The position numbers and the translations under genes are program-made. This document shows, piece by piece, positions 1 through 14,000 of a stretch of 64,000 nucleotides of DNA. Numbering within the stretch: position 1 is the first letter of the stretch; every line of letters begins with the position of its first letter. The stretch comes from Antedon mediterranea (Eukaryota; Animalia; Echinodermata), in the NCBI RefSeq assembly GCF_964355755.1, contig NC_092674.1, forward strand, positions 19,964,001 through 20,028,000, given 5' to 3'. The notes below the pieces were generated by a model. The model ran no database searches. It saw nothing but the letters and a program-made list of their open reading frames with translations, and was not told the DNA's origin.

Positions 1-3000
1 CACATCTCTAGACACCAGAACAAGAGTTTAATACACTTTCAGATGCCTCAAAGCAAGAGTGTAGCACATCTCTAGACACCAGAGCAAGAGTTTAACACAC
101 TTTCAGATGCCTCAAAGCAAGAGTGTAGCACATCTCAAAATATCAGAGCAAGAGTTTAATACACTTTCAGATGCCTCAAAGCAAGAGTGTAGCACATCTC
201 AAGATATCAGAGCAAGAGTTTAACACACTTTCAGATGCCTTAAAGCAAGAGTTTAGCACATCTCTAGACACCAGAACAAGAGTTTAATACACTTTCAGAT
301 GCCTCAAAGCAAGAGTGTAGCACATCTCTAGATACCAGAGCAATAGTTTAATACACTTTCAGATGCCTCAAAGCAAGAGAGTAGCACATCTCTAGATACC
401 AGAGCAAGAGTTTAACACACTTTCAGATGCCTCAAAGCAAGAGTGTAGCACATCTCAAAATATCAGAGCAAGAGTTTAATACACTTTCAGATGCCTCAAA
501 GCAAGAGTGTAGCACATCTCAAGATATCGGAGCAAGATTTTAACACACTTTCAGATGCCTTAAAGCAAGAGTGTAGCACATCTCTAGATACCAGAGCAAG
601 AGTTTAATACACTTTCAGATGCCTTAAAGCAAGAGTGTAGCACATCTTTAGACACCAGAGCAAGAGTTTAATACACTTTCAGATGCCTTAAAGCAAGAGT
701 GTAGCACATCTTTAGATACCAGAGCAAGAGTTTAATACATTTTCAGATGCCTCAAAGCAAGAGTGTAGCACATCTCAAGATATTGGAGCAAGAGTTTAAA
801 ACACTTTCAGATGCCTTAAAGCAAGAGAATAGCACATCGCTAGATACCAGAGCAAGAGTTTAATACATTTTCAGATGCCTCAAAGCACGAGTGTAGCACA
901 TCTCAAGATATCGGAGTAAGAGTTTAACACACTTTCAGATGCCTCAAAGCAAGGGTAGCACATCTCTAGACACCAGAGCAAGAGTTTAACACACTTTCAG
1001 ATGCCTCAAAGCAAGAGTGTAGCACATCTCAAGATATCAGAGCAAGAGTTTAATACACTTTCAGATGCCTCAAAGCAAGAGTGTAGCACATCTCAAGATA
1101 TCGGAGCAAGAGTTTAACACACTTTCAGATGCCTTAAAGCAAGAGAATAGCACATCGCTAGATACCAGAGCAAGAGTTTAACACACTTTCAGATGCCTCA
1201 AAGCAAGAGAGTAGCACATCTCTAGATACCAGAGCAAGAGTTTAATACACTTTCAGATGCCTCAAAGCAAGAGAGTAGCACATCTCTAGATACCAGAGCA
1301 AGAGTTTAACACACTTTCAGATGCCTGAAAGCAAGAGAGTAGCACATCTCTAGACACCAGAGCAAGAGTTTAATACACTTTCAAATGCCTTAAAGCAAGA
1401 GTGTAGCACATCTCAAAATATCAGAGTAAGAGTTTAACACACTTTCAGATGCCTGAAAGCAAGAGTGTAGCACATCTCTAGACACCAGAACAAGAGTTTA
1501 ATACACTTTCAGATGCCTCACAGCAACAGTGTAGCACATCTCTAGACACCAGAGCAAGAGTTTAACACACTTTAAGATGCCTCAAAGCAAGAGTGTAGCA
1601 CATCTCAAAATATCAGAGCAAGAGTTTAATACACTTTCAGATGCCTCAAAGCAAGAGTGTAGCACATCTCAAGATATCAGAGCAAGAGTTTAACACACTT
1701 TCAGATGCCTTAAAGCAAGAGTGTAGCACATCTCTAGACACCAGAACAAGAGTTTAATACACTTTCAGATGCCTCAAAGCAAGAGTGTAGCACATCTCTA
1801 GACACCAGAGCAAGAGTTTAACACACTTTCAGATGCCTCAAAGCAAGAGTGTAGCACATCTCAAAATATCAGAGCAAGAGTTTAATACATTTTCAGATGC
1901 CTCAAAGCAAGAGTGTAGCACATCTCAAGATATCAGAGCAAGAGTTTAACACACTTTCAGATGCCTTAAAGCAAGAGTGTAGCACATCTCTAGACACCAG
2001 AACAAGAGTTTAATACACTTTCAGATGCCTCAAAGCAAGAGTGTAGCACATCTCTAGACACCAGAGCAAGAGTTTAATACACTTTCAGATGCCTCAAAGC
2101 AAGAGAGTAGCACATCTCTAGATACCAGAGCAAGAGTTTAACACACTTTCAGATGCCTCAAAGCAAGAGTGTAGCACATCTCAAAATATCAGAGCAAGAG
2201 TTTAATACACTTTCAGATGCCTCAAAGCAAGAGTGTAGCACATCTCAAGATATCGGAGCAAGATTTTAACACACTTTCAGATGCCTTAAAGCAAGAGTGT
2301 AGCACATCTCTAGATACCAGAGCAAGAGTTTAATACACTTTCAGATGCCTTAAAGCAAGAGTGTAGCACATCTTTAGACACCAGAGCAAGAGTTTAATAC
2401 ACTTTCAGATGCCTTAAAGCAAGAGTGTAGCACATCTCTAGATACCAGAGCAAGAGTTTAATACATTTTCAGATGCCTCAAAGCAAGAGTGTAGCACATC
2501 TCAAGATATTGGAGCAAGAGTTTAAAACACTTTCAGATGCCTTAAAGCAAGAGAATAGCACATCGCTAGATACCAGAGCAAGAGTTTAATACACTTTCAA
2601 TGCCTTAAAGCACGAGTGTAGCACATCTCTAGATACCAGAGCAAGAGTTTAATACACTTTCAATGCCTGAAAGCAAGAGAGTAGCACATCTCTAGATACC
2701 AGAGCAAGAGTTTAATACATTTTCAGATGCCTCAAAGCAAGAGTGTAGCACATCTCAAGATATCGGAGCAAGAGTTTAACACACTTTCAGATGCCTCAAA
2801 GCAAGAGTAGCACATCTCTAGACACCAGAGCAAGAGTTTAACACACTTTCAGATGCCTCAAAGCAAGAGTGTAGCACATCTCAAGATATCAGAGCAAGAG
2901 TTTAATACACTTTCAGATGCCTCAAAGCAAGAGTGTAGCACATCTCAAGATATCGGAGCAAGAGTTTAACACACTTTCAGATGCCTTAAAGCAAGAGAAT

Positions 3001-6000
3001 AGCACATCGCTAGATACCAGAGCAAGAGTTTAACACACTTTCAGATGCCTCAAAGCAAGAGAGTAGCACATCTCTAGATACCAGAGCAAGAGTTTAATAC
3101 ACTTTCAGATGCCTCAAAGCAAGAGAGTAGCACATCTCTAGATACCAGAGCAAGAGTTTAACACACTTTCAGATGCCTGAAAGCAAGAGAGTAGCACATC
3201 TCTAGACACCAGAGCAAGAGTTTAATACACTTTCAAATGCCTTAAAGCAAGAGTGTAGCACATCTCAAAATATCAGAGCAAGAATTTAACACACTTTCAG
3301 ATGCCTGAAAGCAAGAGTGTAGCACATCTCTAGACACCAGAACAAGAGTTTAATACACTTTCAGATGCCTCACAGCAAGAGTGTAGCACATCTCTAGACA
3401 CCAGAGCAAGAGTTTAACACACTTTAAGATGCCTCAAAGCAAGAGTGTAGCACATCTCAAAATATCAGAGCAAGAGTTTAATACACTTTCAGATGCCTCA
3501 AAGCAAGAGTGTAGCACATCTCAAGATATCAGAGCAAGAGTTTAACACACTTTCAGATGCCTTAAAGCAAGAGTGTAGCACATCTCTAGACACCAGAACA
3601 AGAGTTTAATACACTTTCAGATGCCTCAAAGCAAGAGTGTAGCACATCTCTAGACACCAGAGCAAGAGTTTAACACACTTTCAGATGCCTCAAAGCAAGA
3701 GTGTAGCACATCTCAAAATATCAGAGCAAGAGTTTAATACACTTTCAGATGCCTCAAAGCAAGAGTGTAGCACATCTCAAGATATCAGAGCAAGAGTTTA
3801 ACACACTTTCAGATGCCTTAAAGCAAGAGTGTAGCACATCTCTAGACACCAGAACAAGAGTTTAATACACTTTCAGATGCCTCAAAGCAAGAGTGTAACA
3901 CATCTCTAGACACCAGAGCAAGAGTTTAACACACTTTCAGATGCCTCAAAGCAAGAGTGTAGCACATCTCAAAATATCAGAGCAAGAGTTTAATACACTT
4001 TCAGATGCCTCAAAGCAAGAGTGTAGCACATCTCAAGATATCGGAGCAAGAGTTTAACACACTTTCAGATGCCTTAAAGCAAGAGAATAGCACATCGCTA
4101 GATACCAGAGCAAGAGTTTAATACACTTTCAATGCCTTAAAGCACGAGTGTAGCACATCTCTAGATACCAGAGCAAGAGTTTAATACACTTTCAATGCCT
4201 GAAAGCAAGAGAATAGCACATCGCTAGATACCAGAGCAAGAGTTTAACACACTTTCAGATGCCTCAAAGCAAGAGAGTAGCACATCTCTAGATACCAGAG
4301 CAAGAGTTTAATACACTTTCAGATGCCTCAAAGCAAGAGAGTAGCACATCTCTAGATACCAGAGCAAGAGTTTAACACACTTTCAGATGCCTCAAAGCAA
4401 GAGTGTAGCACATCTCAAGATATCAGAGCAAGAGTTTAATACACTTTCAGATGCCTCAAAGCAAGAGTGTAGCACATCTCAAGATATCGGAGCAAGAGTT
4501 TAACACACTTTCAGATGCCTTAAAGCAAGAGAATAGCACATCGCTAGATACCAGAGCAAGAGTTTAACACACTTTCAGATGCCTCAAAGCAAGAGAGTAG
4601 CACATCTCTAGATACCAGAGCAAGAGTTTAATACACTTTCAGATGCCTCAAAGCAAGAGAGTAGCACATCTCTAGATACCAGAGCAAGAGTTTAACACAC
4701 TTTCAGATGCCTGAAAGCAAGAGAGTAGCACATCTCTAGACACCAGAGCAAGAGTTTAATACACTTTCAAATGCCTTAAAGCAAGAGTGTAGCACATCTC
4801 AAAATATCAGAGTAAGAGTTTAACACACTTTCAGATGCCTGAAAGCAAGAGTGTAGCACATCTCTAGACACCAGAACAAGAGTTTAATACACTTTCAGAT
4901 GCCTCACAGCAAGAGTGTAGCACATCTCTAGACACCAGAGCAAGAGTTTAACACACTTTAAGATGCCTCAAAGCAAGAGTGTAGCACATCTCAAAATATC
5001 AGAGCAAGAGTTTAATACACTTTCAGATGCCTCAAAGCAAGAGTGTAGCACATCTCAAGATATCAGAGCAAGAGTTTAACACACTTTCAGATGCCTTAAA
5101 GCAAGAGTGTAGCACATCTCTAGACACCAGAACAAGAGTTTAATACACTTTCAGATGCCTCAAAGCAAGAGTGTAGCACATCTCTAGACACCAGAGCAAG
5201 AGTTTAACACACTTTCAGATGCCTCAAAGCAAGAGTGTAGCACATCTCAAAATATCAGAGCAAGAGTTTAATACACTTTCAGATGCCTCAAAGCAAGAGT
5301 GTAGCACATCTCAAGATATCAGAGCAAGAGTTTAACACACTTTCAGATGCCTTAAAGCAAGAGTGTAGCACATCTCTAGACACCAGAACAAGAGTTTAAT
5401 ACACTTTCAGATGCCTCAAAGCAAGAGTGTAGCACATCTCTAGACACCAGAGCAAGAGTTTAATACACTTTCAGATGCCTCAAAGCAAGAGAGTAGCACA
5501 TCTCTAGATACCAGAGCAAGAGTTTAACACACTTTCAGATGCCTCAAAGCAAGAGTGTAGCACATCTCAAAATATCAGAGCAAGAGTTTAATACACTTTC
5601 AGATGCCTCAAAGCAAGAGTGTAGCACATCTCAAGATATCGGAGCAAGATTTTAACACACTTTCAGATGCCTTAAAGCAAGAGTGTAGCACATCTCTAGA
5701 TACCAGAGCAAGAGTTTAATACACTTTCAGATGCCTTAAAGCAAGAGTGTAGCACATCTTTAGACACCAGAGCAAGAGTTTAATACACTTTCAGATGCCT
5801 TAAAGCAAGAGTGTAGCACATCTCTAGATACCAGAGCAAGAGTTTAATACATTTTCAGATGCCTCAAAGCAAGAGTGTAGCACATCTCAAGATATTGGAG
5901 CAAGAGTTTAAAACACTTTCAGATGCCTTAAAGCAAGAGAATAGCACATCGCTAGATACCAGAGCAAGAGTTTAATACACTTTCAATGCCTTAAAGCACG

Positions 6001-8499
6001 AGTGTAGCACATCTCTAGATACCAGAGCAAGAGTTTAATACACTTTCAATGCCTGAAAGCAAGAGAGTAGCACATCTCTAGATACCAGAGCAAGAGTTTA
6101 ATACATTTTCAGATGCCTCAAAGCAAGAGTGTAGCACATCTCAAGATATCGGAGCAAGAGTTTAACACACTTTCAGATGCCTCAAAGCAAGAGTAGCACA
6201 TCTCTAGACACCAGAGCAAGAGTTTAACACACTTTCAGATGCCTCAAAGCAAGAGTGTAGCACATCTCAAGATATCAGAGCAAGAGTTTAATACACTTTC
6301 AGATGCCTCAAAGCAAGAGTGTAGCACATATCAAGATATCGGAGAAAGAGTTTAACACACTTTCAGATGCCTTAAAGCAAGAGAATAGCACATCGCTAGA
6401 TACCAGAGCAAGAGTTTAACACACTTTCAGATGCCTCAAAGCAAGAGAGTAGCACATCTCTAGATACCAGAGCAAGAGTTTAATACACTTTCAGATGCCT
6501 CAAAGCAAGAGAGTAGCACATCTCTAGATACCAGAGCAAGAGTTTAACACACTTTCAGATGCCTGAAAGCAAGAGAGTAGCACATCTCTAGACACCAGAG
6601 CAAGAGTTTAATACACTTTCAAATGCCTCAAAGCAAAAGTGTAGCACATCTCAAAATATCAGAGCAAGTATTTAACACACTTTCAGATGCCTGAAAGCAA
6701 GAGTGTAGCACATCTCTAGACACCAGAACAAGAGTTTAATACACTTTCAGATGCCTCACAGCAAGAGTGTAGCACATCTCTAGACACCAGATCAAGAGTT
6801 TAACACACTTTAAGATGCCTCAAAGCAAGAGTGTAGCACATCTCAAAATATCAGAGCAAGAGTTTAATACACTTTCAGATGCCTCAAAGCAAGAGTGTAG
6901 CACATCTCAAGATATCAGAGCAAGAGTTTAACACACTTTCAGATGCCTTAAAGCAAGAGTGTAGCACATCTCTAGACACCAGAACAAGAGTTTAATACAC
7001 TTTCAGATGCCTCAAAGCAAGAGTGTAGCACATCTCTAGACACCAGAGCAAGAGTTTAACACACTTTCAGATGCCTCAAAGCAAGAGTGTAGCACATCTC
7101 AAAATATCAGAGCAAGAGTTTAATACACTTTCAGATGCCTCAAAGCAAGAGTGTAGCACATCTCAAGATATCAGAGCAAGAGTTTAACACACTTTCAGAT
7201 GCCTTAAAGCAAGAGTGTAGCACATCTCTAGACACCAGAACAAGAGTTTAATACACTTTCAGATGCCTCAAAGCAAGAGTGTAGCACATCTCTAGACACC
7301 AGAGCAAGAGTTTAATACACTTTCAGATGCCTCAAAGCAAGAGAGTAGCACATCTCTAGATACCAGAGCAAGAGTTTAACACACTTTCAGATGCCTCAAA
7401 GCAAGAGTGTAGCACATCTCAAAATATCAGAGCAAGAGTTTAATACACTTTCAGATGCCTCAAAGCAAGAGTGTAGCACATCTCAAGATATCGGAGCAAG
7501 ATTTTAACACACTTTCAGATGCCTTAAAGCAAGAGTGTAGCACATCTCTAGATACCAGAGCAAGAGTTTAATACACTTTCAGATGCCTTAAAGCAAGAGT
7601 GTAGCACATCTTTAGACACCAGAGCAAGAGTTTAATACACTTTCAGATGCCTTAAAGCAAGAGTGTAGCACATCTCTAGATACCAGAGCAAGAGTTTAAT
7701 ACATTTTCAGATGCCTCAAAGCAAGAGTGTAGCACATCTCAAGATATTGGAGCAAGAGTTTAAAACACTTTCAGATGCCTTAAAGCAAGAGAATAGCACA
7801 TCGCTAGATACCAGAGCAAGAGTTTAATACACTTTCAATGCCTTAAAGCACGAGTGTAGCACATCTCTAGATACCAGAGCAAGAGTTTAATACACTTTCA
7901 ATGCCTGAAAGCAAGAGAGTAGCACATCTCTAGATACCAGAGCAAGAGTTTAATACATTTTCAGATGCCTCAAAGCAAGAGTGTAGCACATCTCAAGATA
8001 TCGGAGCAAGAGTTTAACACACTTTCAGATGCCTCAAAGCAAGAGTGTAGCACATCTCTAGACACCAGAGCAAGAGTTTAACACACTTTCAGATGCCTCA
8101 AAGCAAGAGTGTAGCACATCTCTAGACACCAGAGCAAGAGTTTAACACACTTTCAGATGCCTCAAAGCAAGAGTGTAGCACATCTCAAGATATCAGAGCA
8201 AGAGTTTAATACACTTTCAGATGCCTCAAAGCAAGAGTGTAGCACATCTCAAGATATCGGAGCAAGAGTTTAACACACTTTCAGATGCCTTAAAGAAAGA
8301 GAATAGCACATCGCTAGATACCAGAGCAAGAGTTTAACACACTTTCAGATGCCTCAAAGCAAGAGAGTAGCACATCTCTAGACACCAGAACAAGAGTTTA
8401 ACACACTTTCAGATGCCTCAAAGCACGAGTGTAGCACATCTCTAGATACCAGGGCAAGAGTTTAATACACTTTCAGATGCCTCAAAACAAGAATGTAGC
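1..8499. repeat. 64-bp tandem satellite (about 130 units, runs off the left edge) with higher-order structure
   Basis: Unit CACATCTCTAGACACCAGAGCAAGAGTTTAATACACTTTCAGATGCCTCAAAGCAAGAGTGTAG restarts at 1, 65, 129 and so on. It is itself a dimer of two related 31/33-bp halves sharing GCAAGAGT. No ORFs are listed here. Confidence 0.98.
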
Positions 8500-8789
8500 C
8501 AACTGATAATTAGAACTTTTCCCCCCTTTTTCCATTTGTTCAATCCATCTAAATGTAACGTAGTGACTAATTAAGAACAAAAAAATAATTTAATTTCAGT
8601 GCTTTTGCAAGCTTAAATGTTATTAATGGACTAAATATATAACAAATTCATGTAGAAATATCAATGCACATACATTATATTTATTACAAAGCAATATTAA
8701 TTTTATGTGTTTTTGTTATTTCTTAAATATTACTGTGAATGTGTGCTCATTATGAACGGCCCTATATAATTGAGTAGTAGTTAAATAGC

Positions 8790-9010
8790 TGTGAGTGAGT
8801 GTGTCCCGTATTCATTCTGAACGCAGGGGAATGAGCTGTTAGGAGCTCATTATGTGGAAGGGTGGCCAGTTCCTTTTCACGCCGTCTTTTTTCTCCCTAG
8901 TATTTTCAACCAGGTACTCATTTACAGCTGAGTGGACTGGGAGTTGTCAGGAATTGAACCCAGGTCTATCTGTATGACAGTCAAGTGTCCTAACCACTCG
9001 GCTATATTGC
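8790..9010 (-). mobile_element. tRNA-derived SINE with Nin-like central domain
   Basis: Minus strand shows A box TAGCCGAGTGG, B box GGTTCAATTCC, then CCACTCAGCTGTAAATGAGTACC and a CACT-type simple-repeat tail. Confidence 0.75.
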
Positions 9011-9360
9011 ACACTGGACTCATTTTACAAAAAATGTGTTTCACCACTCCACAATAGATTAATTTCGTGCTACAAAAGCCATCTTGCAGAGATGACAAAC
9101 AGTCGTGAGCAGCCGAGCATAAAAAACAAAAATAAAAGTGTTTCTGGGGATTTCAGGACCCTATGTTAATTACTGTAAAATGTTCTTAAATTAATGGCCT
9201 ACATCACTGTATGAAATTCATCTAAATGCAATGTTTGAACATCTCAGTTACTCTTAATTTATTGATAAGGAAAAACAGAAAAATAACATGTTAGAAACTA
9301 TGTTTTATATCAATTACAATTACATTCAATCTTAAATTATTAAATAACAAGGATTACATA

Positions 9361-9448
9361 TAATAATAATACCACATTTATATAGTGCCCTTTTCATGAG
9401 TAATCATGCTCAAAGGCGCTTTACAAGGATTATTACCCCAGTATTTTT
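9361..9448 (-). mobile_element. 3' tail of the SINE split by the 9449-10553 MITE
   Basis: Minus strand reads ...GTAAAGCGCCTTTGAGCA...AAAAGGGCACTATATAAATG(TGG)TATTATTATT, resembling an L2-type SINE tail. It joins the 10554-10782 piece once the MITE and one TSD copy are removed. Confidence 0.65.
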
Positions 9449-10553
9449 CAATAGTGTTGGTGAAATTCAGTCCAAAATACGCAGAATTTTTTCCAAAATA
9501 CGTCAAGTTGAGGGCGCTATACTAATCCAAAATACGTCGACTTGAGGGCGCTATTCATTTTCCAAAATACCCGAATTGTCCAAAATACGTCAAGTTGAGG
9601 GCGCTAGTCATTTTCCAAAATACGCGATTTGTCCAAAATACGTCAATTTGGAACCGCTTGTAATTTTCCAAAATACGCAATTTAAATAACTCCTTTACTT
9701 CTTCTAACCAATTAATTATTGATATTATTTTAATCACAATACCATATGCTTTTTATTATTATATATTATATGAAATAACTATTATGTTAGATTTCAGATT
9801 AGGTAACTTATTAGACCATAAGTACTGTACATTAAATTGAAAGCGATGTTTGTCTGTCGAGCTCGGGAAAAATATCGATTTTGTAGATCACCAAATATAT
9901 AACACATGCCTATGACTATACTTAAATACTATATACGTACATGCTGGTTTTGTAGCCGGTTTATGCCGCATTTAAACTAGCTACGTCTGGCAATGCAATC
10001 GTACATCGTTCAGACATTATTAATGTATATTATAGGCACTGTCTATTGACTGATGTTGGCACATATTTGTTTTTATTCAGTAATAAATGATTACATTGAA
10101 AAATAATAATTGGCTACTCTATGACATTTTATTTACAAAAAATGCTGCCTTCTAATACTTTCATTTATAACTAAAATGTACTTGTTTGTTTTATTCCAAG
10201 AAACTTTTTTTAATACATTAAACTGTAATTTTACCTTACACTCTCAATATGATACATTTGGAAAGGCTCTCGTATTTTGGAAAAAAGTTTGCCGCCCTCA
10301 AGTTGACGTATTTTGGAAAATTACTAGCGGTCGCAAATTGACGTATTTTGGACAAATCGCGTATTTTGGAAATAAATAGCGCCCTCAATTTGACGTATTT
10401 TGGACAATTCATGTATTTGGGATAATTTATAGCGCCCTCAACTTGACGTATTTTGGACAATTCGCGTATTTTGGAAAATGAATAGCGCCCTCAAGTCGAC
10501 GTATTTTGGAAAAAATTCTGCGTATTTTGGACTGATGTTCACCAACCCGACTC
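9449..10553. mobile_element. Non-autonomous TIR DNA transposon (MITE) with 8-bp TSD and arrays of CCAAAATACG subterminal repeats
   Basis: Inverted arms GTTGGTGAAATTCAGTCCAAAATACGCAGAATTTTTTCCAAAATACG (9456 onward) and its complement ending at 10546. GTATTTTT is duplicated at 9441-9448 and 10554-10561. The outermost TIR bases are imperfect. Confidence 0.85.
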
Positions 10554-10782
10554 GTATTTTTTGGGATCAAACACGTATGGAAACATACTCCCATAATGCA
10601 GCCGGTAACCAGCGCAAAGATGTGTCTAGATCTAACTGGGTACCCATTTATACACCTGGGTGGAGAGAGGCAACGCAAGTAAAGTATCTTGCCTACGGAT
10701 ACAAGCAATGCGGCGAGAGTTGGATTCGAACCTAGGTCTGACGATCGGTAGTCCAACGTCCAACACACTGCGCCACACGCCC
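10554..10782 (-). mobile_element. 5' part of a tRNA-derived SINE (CORE/Nin-like body)
   Basis: Minus strand: A box TGGCGCAGTGTG, B box GGTTCGAATCC, then GGCAAGATACTTT and CCTCTCTCCACCCAGGTGTATAAATGGGTACC. Confidence 0.8.
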
Positions 10783-11061
10783 TCACATATATAGTCAGTA
10801 CCCATATGTCACAGTTAAATAATGAACACATACAGTAATTGCCATCCAATCAGGACTGTCGGGGTCATAACTGAACAAAAGTAAATGGACACATGAAAGT
10901 AAATAAATTTACAGTTTCCAATCATCAAGCTGCATATAGTCGTCACGCATTGCTGTGCATTTGTATGGCAATACATTGTAAATATCAACTTTTCGGGAAT
11001 GATAGAAGTATAAATATATCTATGAAATTACATTTTCAGATTCAGGTGAACTCAAATAAGC

Positions 11062-14000
11062 TCAGTATTTATGAGCAACTCTCTGTGAAAATTTATTACT
11101 TGAAGCCTGGTAAACAACTTGTCCTGTATGAGAAATATTGCTTTTTGATTGATTATAGATGTTTGGTACATCCGGTTGTTGATGGTTCACCACAGGTTGG
11201 CTAGGCTGGGATAACTGATCATATTGTGCTTGTTTTGTGTAATAAGGTTGTGGTGCTGGTATGGGTTGTTGTCTTGGTACAGGTTGCTGTCCTGTCATGG
11301 GCTGCTGATATGGTATAGGCTGCTGGGCTGGTATGTGTTGGTGGCCTGGTGGCTGGGGTTGTTTTACAGATTGATTGTATACATTACTTTGAGAAGGCCT
11401 GGGTGGGATTTGTGTTTGTTGTCCTCTAGCATGAGAGAACTGCTGGCCATGTGTAGGACTTGGTTGTGGTGTTGGATGAGCAGCTTTCAATTTCTGTGTT
11501 ACCAGTAAAAGATCTTTGAAGTGTCTCTTGCTAAGTTCCCTTAGGTCTTCCGTCACTGAAAACAATATTCATTGATAGGTATAATTTGCAAATAATTTAT
11601 ACAAATTCTAATTAAACTAACAATCAAGGACAAATGTATTACATTAATACAACAAACCCTTTTTTTTTAGGATAAAGGTCCAATCTGAATGGTTTTTCCT
11701 ATTCTAATTTGGAATTGGTAATGGCTAAAATTGTTTACATTCACCTTCAATGATGGCAATTTATTAATGTAATGTATTTTATTTGATATTCCTTTACCTA
11801 ATCCACTGTAACCTTTGTCAGCTCCGTGATCCAGAACCTTCTGCAAGAAGTTGACCATTGCACCAGTTGACAAGAATCGTTCTTCAAGATCTAACATGTC
11901 AAAGTAGTTAGTATCAACTGCGAATGGATTACGTGGAACTGGTAATGTGTTGATTTTGACAAGCTCTGCTACGATGTCCCACACTTGGACATCTGAAATT
12001 AAATCATCAAAAATATTGTTTCATTCAACATTTGTTTTCAGATGAAAAGACATTTTTTTTTGTCAACGGTTATTTTTATTTCAGTATGACATGAATACAG
12101 AAAAAGTTTACATAATAGACAACAAAGCAACTAGAATCATATTGAGGATCTATACTAGAAGAATAAATTATTCTTGTCACATATAAGACCCTTTTCAAAC
12201 TAAAATAATATAATTAACTAAGTAAACAAATAAAGTAAATTAAACAATTTACGGTGAAGCAAAAGTAATATGAATTCAACGTTTTAGGGGGTTTATTTTT
12301 GCAATATATAAAAAACATATCCACTGTACACCAAGTTTTTTATTTTCTAGAGAGAAAGGTAACATCAGGAATAACTACCTGACTACAAACTACAAATTCA
12401 GTATTGACAATTTTAAGAGAAATTCTTTTCATAGTGGTTTACCATGTACATTTAACCAATTTGAAATTCATGCCTGAGGTTTTAAAGGAAATTGGTTTTT
12501 AATGAACTCTATTGTTCTAAAGTCAGTAAAATGTTACTTTACAGACTTGGGATCCCTGCAAGTGGATTATTTACAGAGTTTCACCATTTTTAATATCCTG
12601 CTATCAAATGATTTTTTTTGACAAAATGGTTCTCTTGTATTGCTGACAATTATAGTCTTTTTATGGAATGATATGAAACAGAATAGCTTCAATACTACCT
12701 TTATCATTCCAGGCTGTAGTTGACTTTAACTTCAGTGGGCTATCTTTTGAAAAACGTTCATTGTCTTTTGCCAATGTCACTAATCTTTCGTGGTTATTTC
12801 GAACCCAAACATACGGACATGAGTATCTAGCGTAACCAGCCAATAGGAATAGAGTAGAACCATCATCCTAAAGAATGTGATACAAATTGATAAATTCCTT
12901 TGTTGTAAACTACAAAAACACAATCATTATTTCTTTTCATTATTATTTTACTACCTCATAAAAAGCTTTGCTTTTACTTACAGTGGGGGCAATTTCTCTT
13001 TCGCTAGGTGATGCTGGTGGAAGTCCTACATCCATATACCCATAACCACTCAACCTGGAAATGATATCCAATTAATGCTTGACAACAAATGATTACAATC
13101 ATCATTTTGTGTGCTAATAGGGTGGTTGATGACAAACCAAGTTTTGTTTTTAGGCCTTGTAAAGTTAGTTATAAGTTAGCTTGGAACGTCAATCAATTTT
13201 TGTATTTATTGAATTCAATTATTGCATATCACATAAAAATCAGTAATTTTAAAATGGTAAATTCTGGTATTGTTTATTTATTAGAAAAAGAATATGGTTT
13301 ATGACCAAATTAGGGAAACACCACCCACCCCAAAGGTCAGACTACACATTAACGGGAAAAAATAGAGTTGATGCAGCACAAAGGCAATCATACATACTTT
13401 TTTTGTGTGTTTTGTGACAGCATTAGAGAAGTTCTGAAAAAAAAGTAAAAATGAAGACATCATCTCTATTATGTTACAAAGCTGTAGTATTCTAGAATGG
13501 CGTCAGTCTAGATTAATCTAACACAGACTTCCATAAATACCGAAAATAATCAACTTTTAAAATAAATTTTTATTAATTCTACTTTTTTTTTATATTAGAT
13601 AGAACATTACAGTAAAAGTATTTTACCATTTATTTACAGATTTTTTCTTTTTTTTTTAATTAATTAAAAACTAATTATACTTCCACAATTACATATACAT
13701 TTGTTTATCAGAATTTAAACTTACTGGTCAAAGGGCATATCTGTAGAGTTGAAACTTCCACTGCCACTGTATGTAATTTCTTGGTTGGCGTTTGTTGGTG
13801 ACATACTTCTTGGTGTCTACAAATTTAACAGTGATCCTTTGATAGATTATTATACAGATATTGCTTAGAGGTAAAATATAAGATTTGACATCCCCGGAAT
13901 CAGCTGGTTTGATATTAAGCTATTGTGAAAATATAATGTAAATGCAAGCTTTGAAATGGTAAAAATCATTACATTTTATATTATTGTGCATGCAAAAATC

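Noticed and set aside
1-8499. CRISPR-like or coding repeat array
   Set aside because: No unique spacers, no cas genes, the unit is not a multiple of 3 and no ORFs are listed. It is an ordinary eukaryotic satellite.
10710-10782. tRNA gene (likewise about 8935-9010 and 44780-44845)
   Set aside because: A and B boxes are present but there is no convincing cloverleaf, and the first two continue into SINE bodies.
9555-10849. Cluster of short ORFs with repeated TYFG/PKY peptides
   Set aside because: Translations of MITE subterminal repeats and a SINE.
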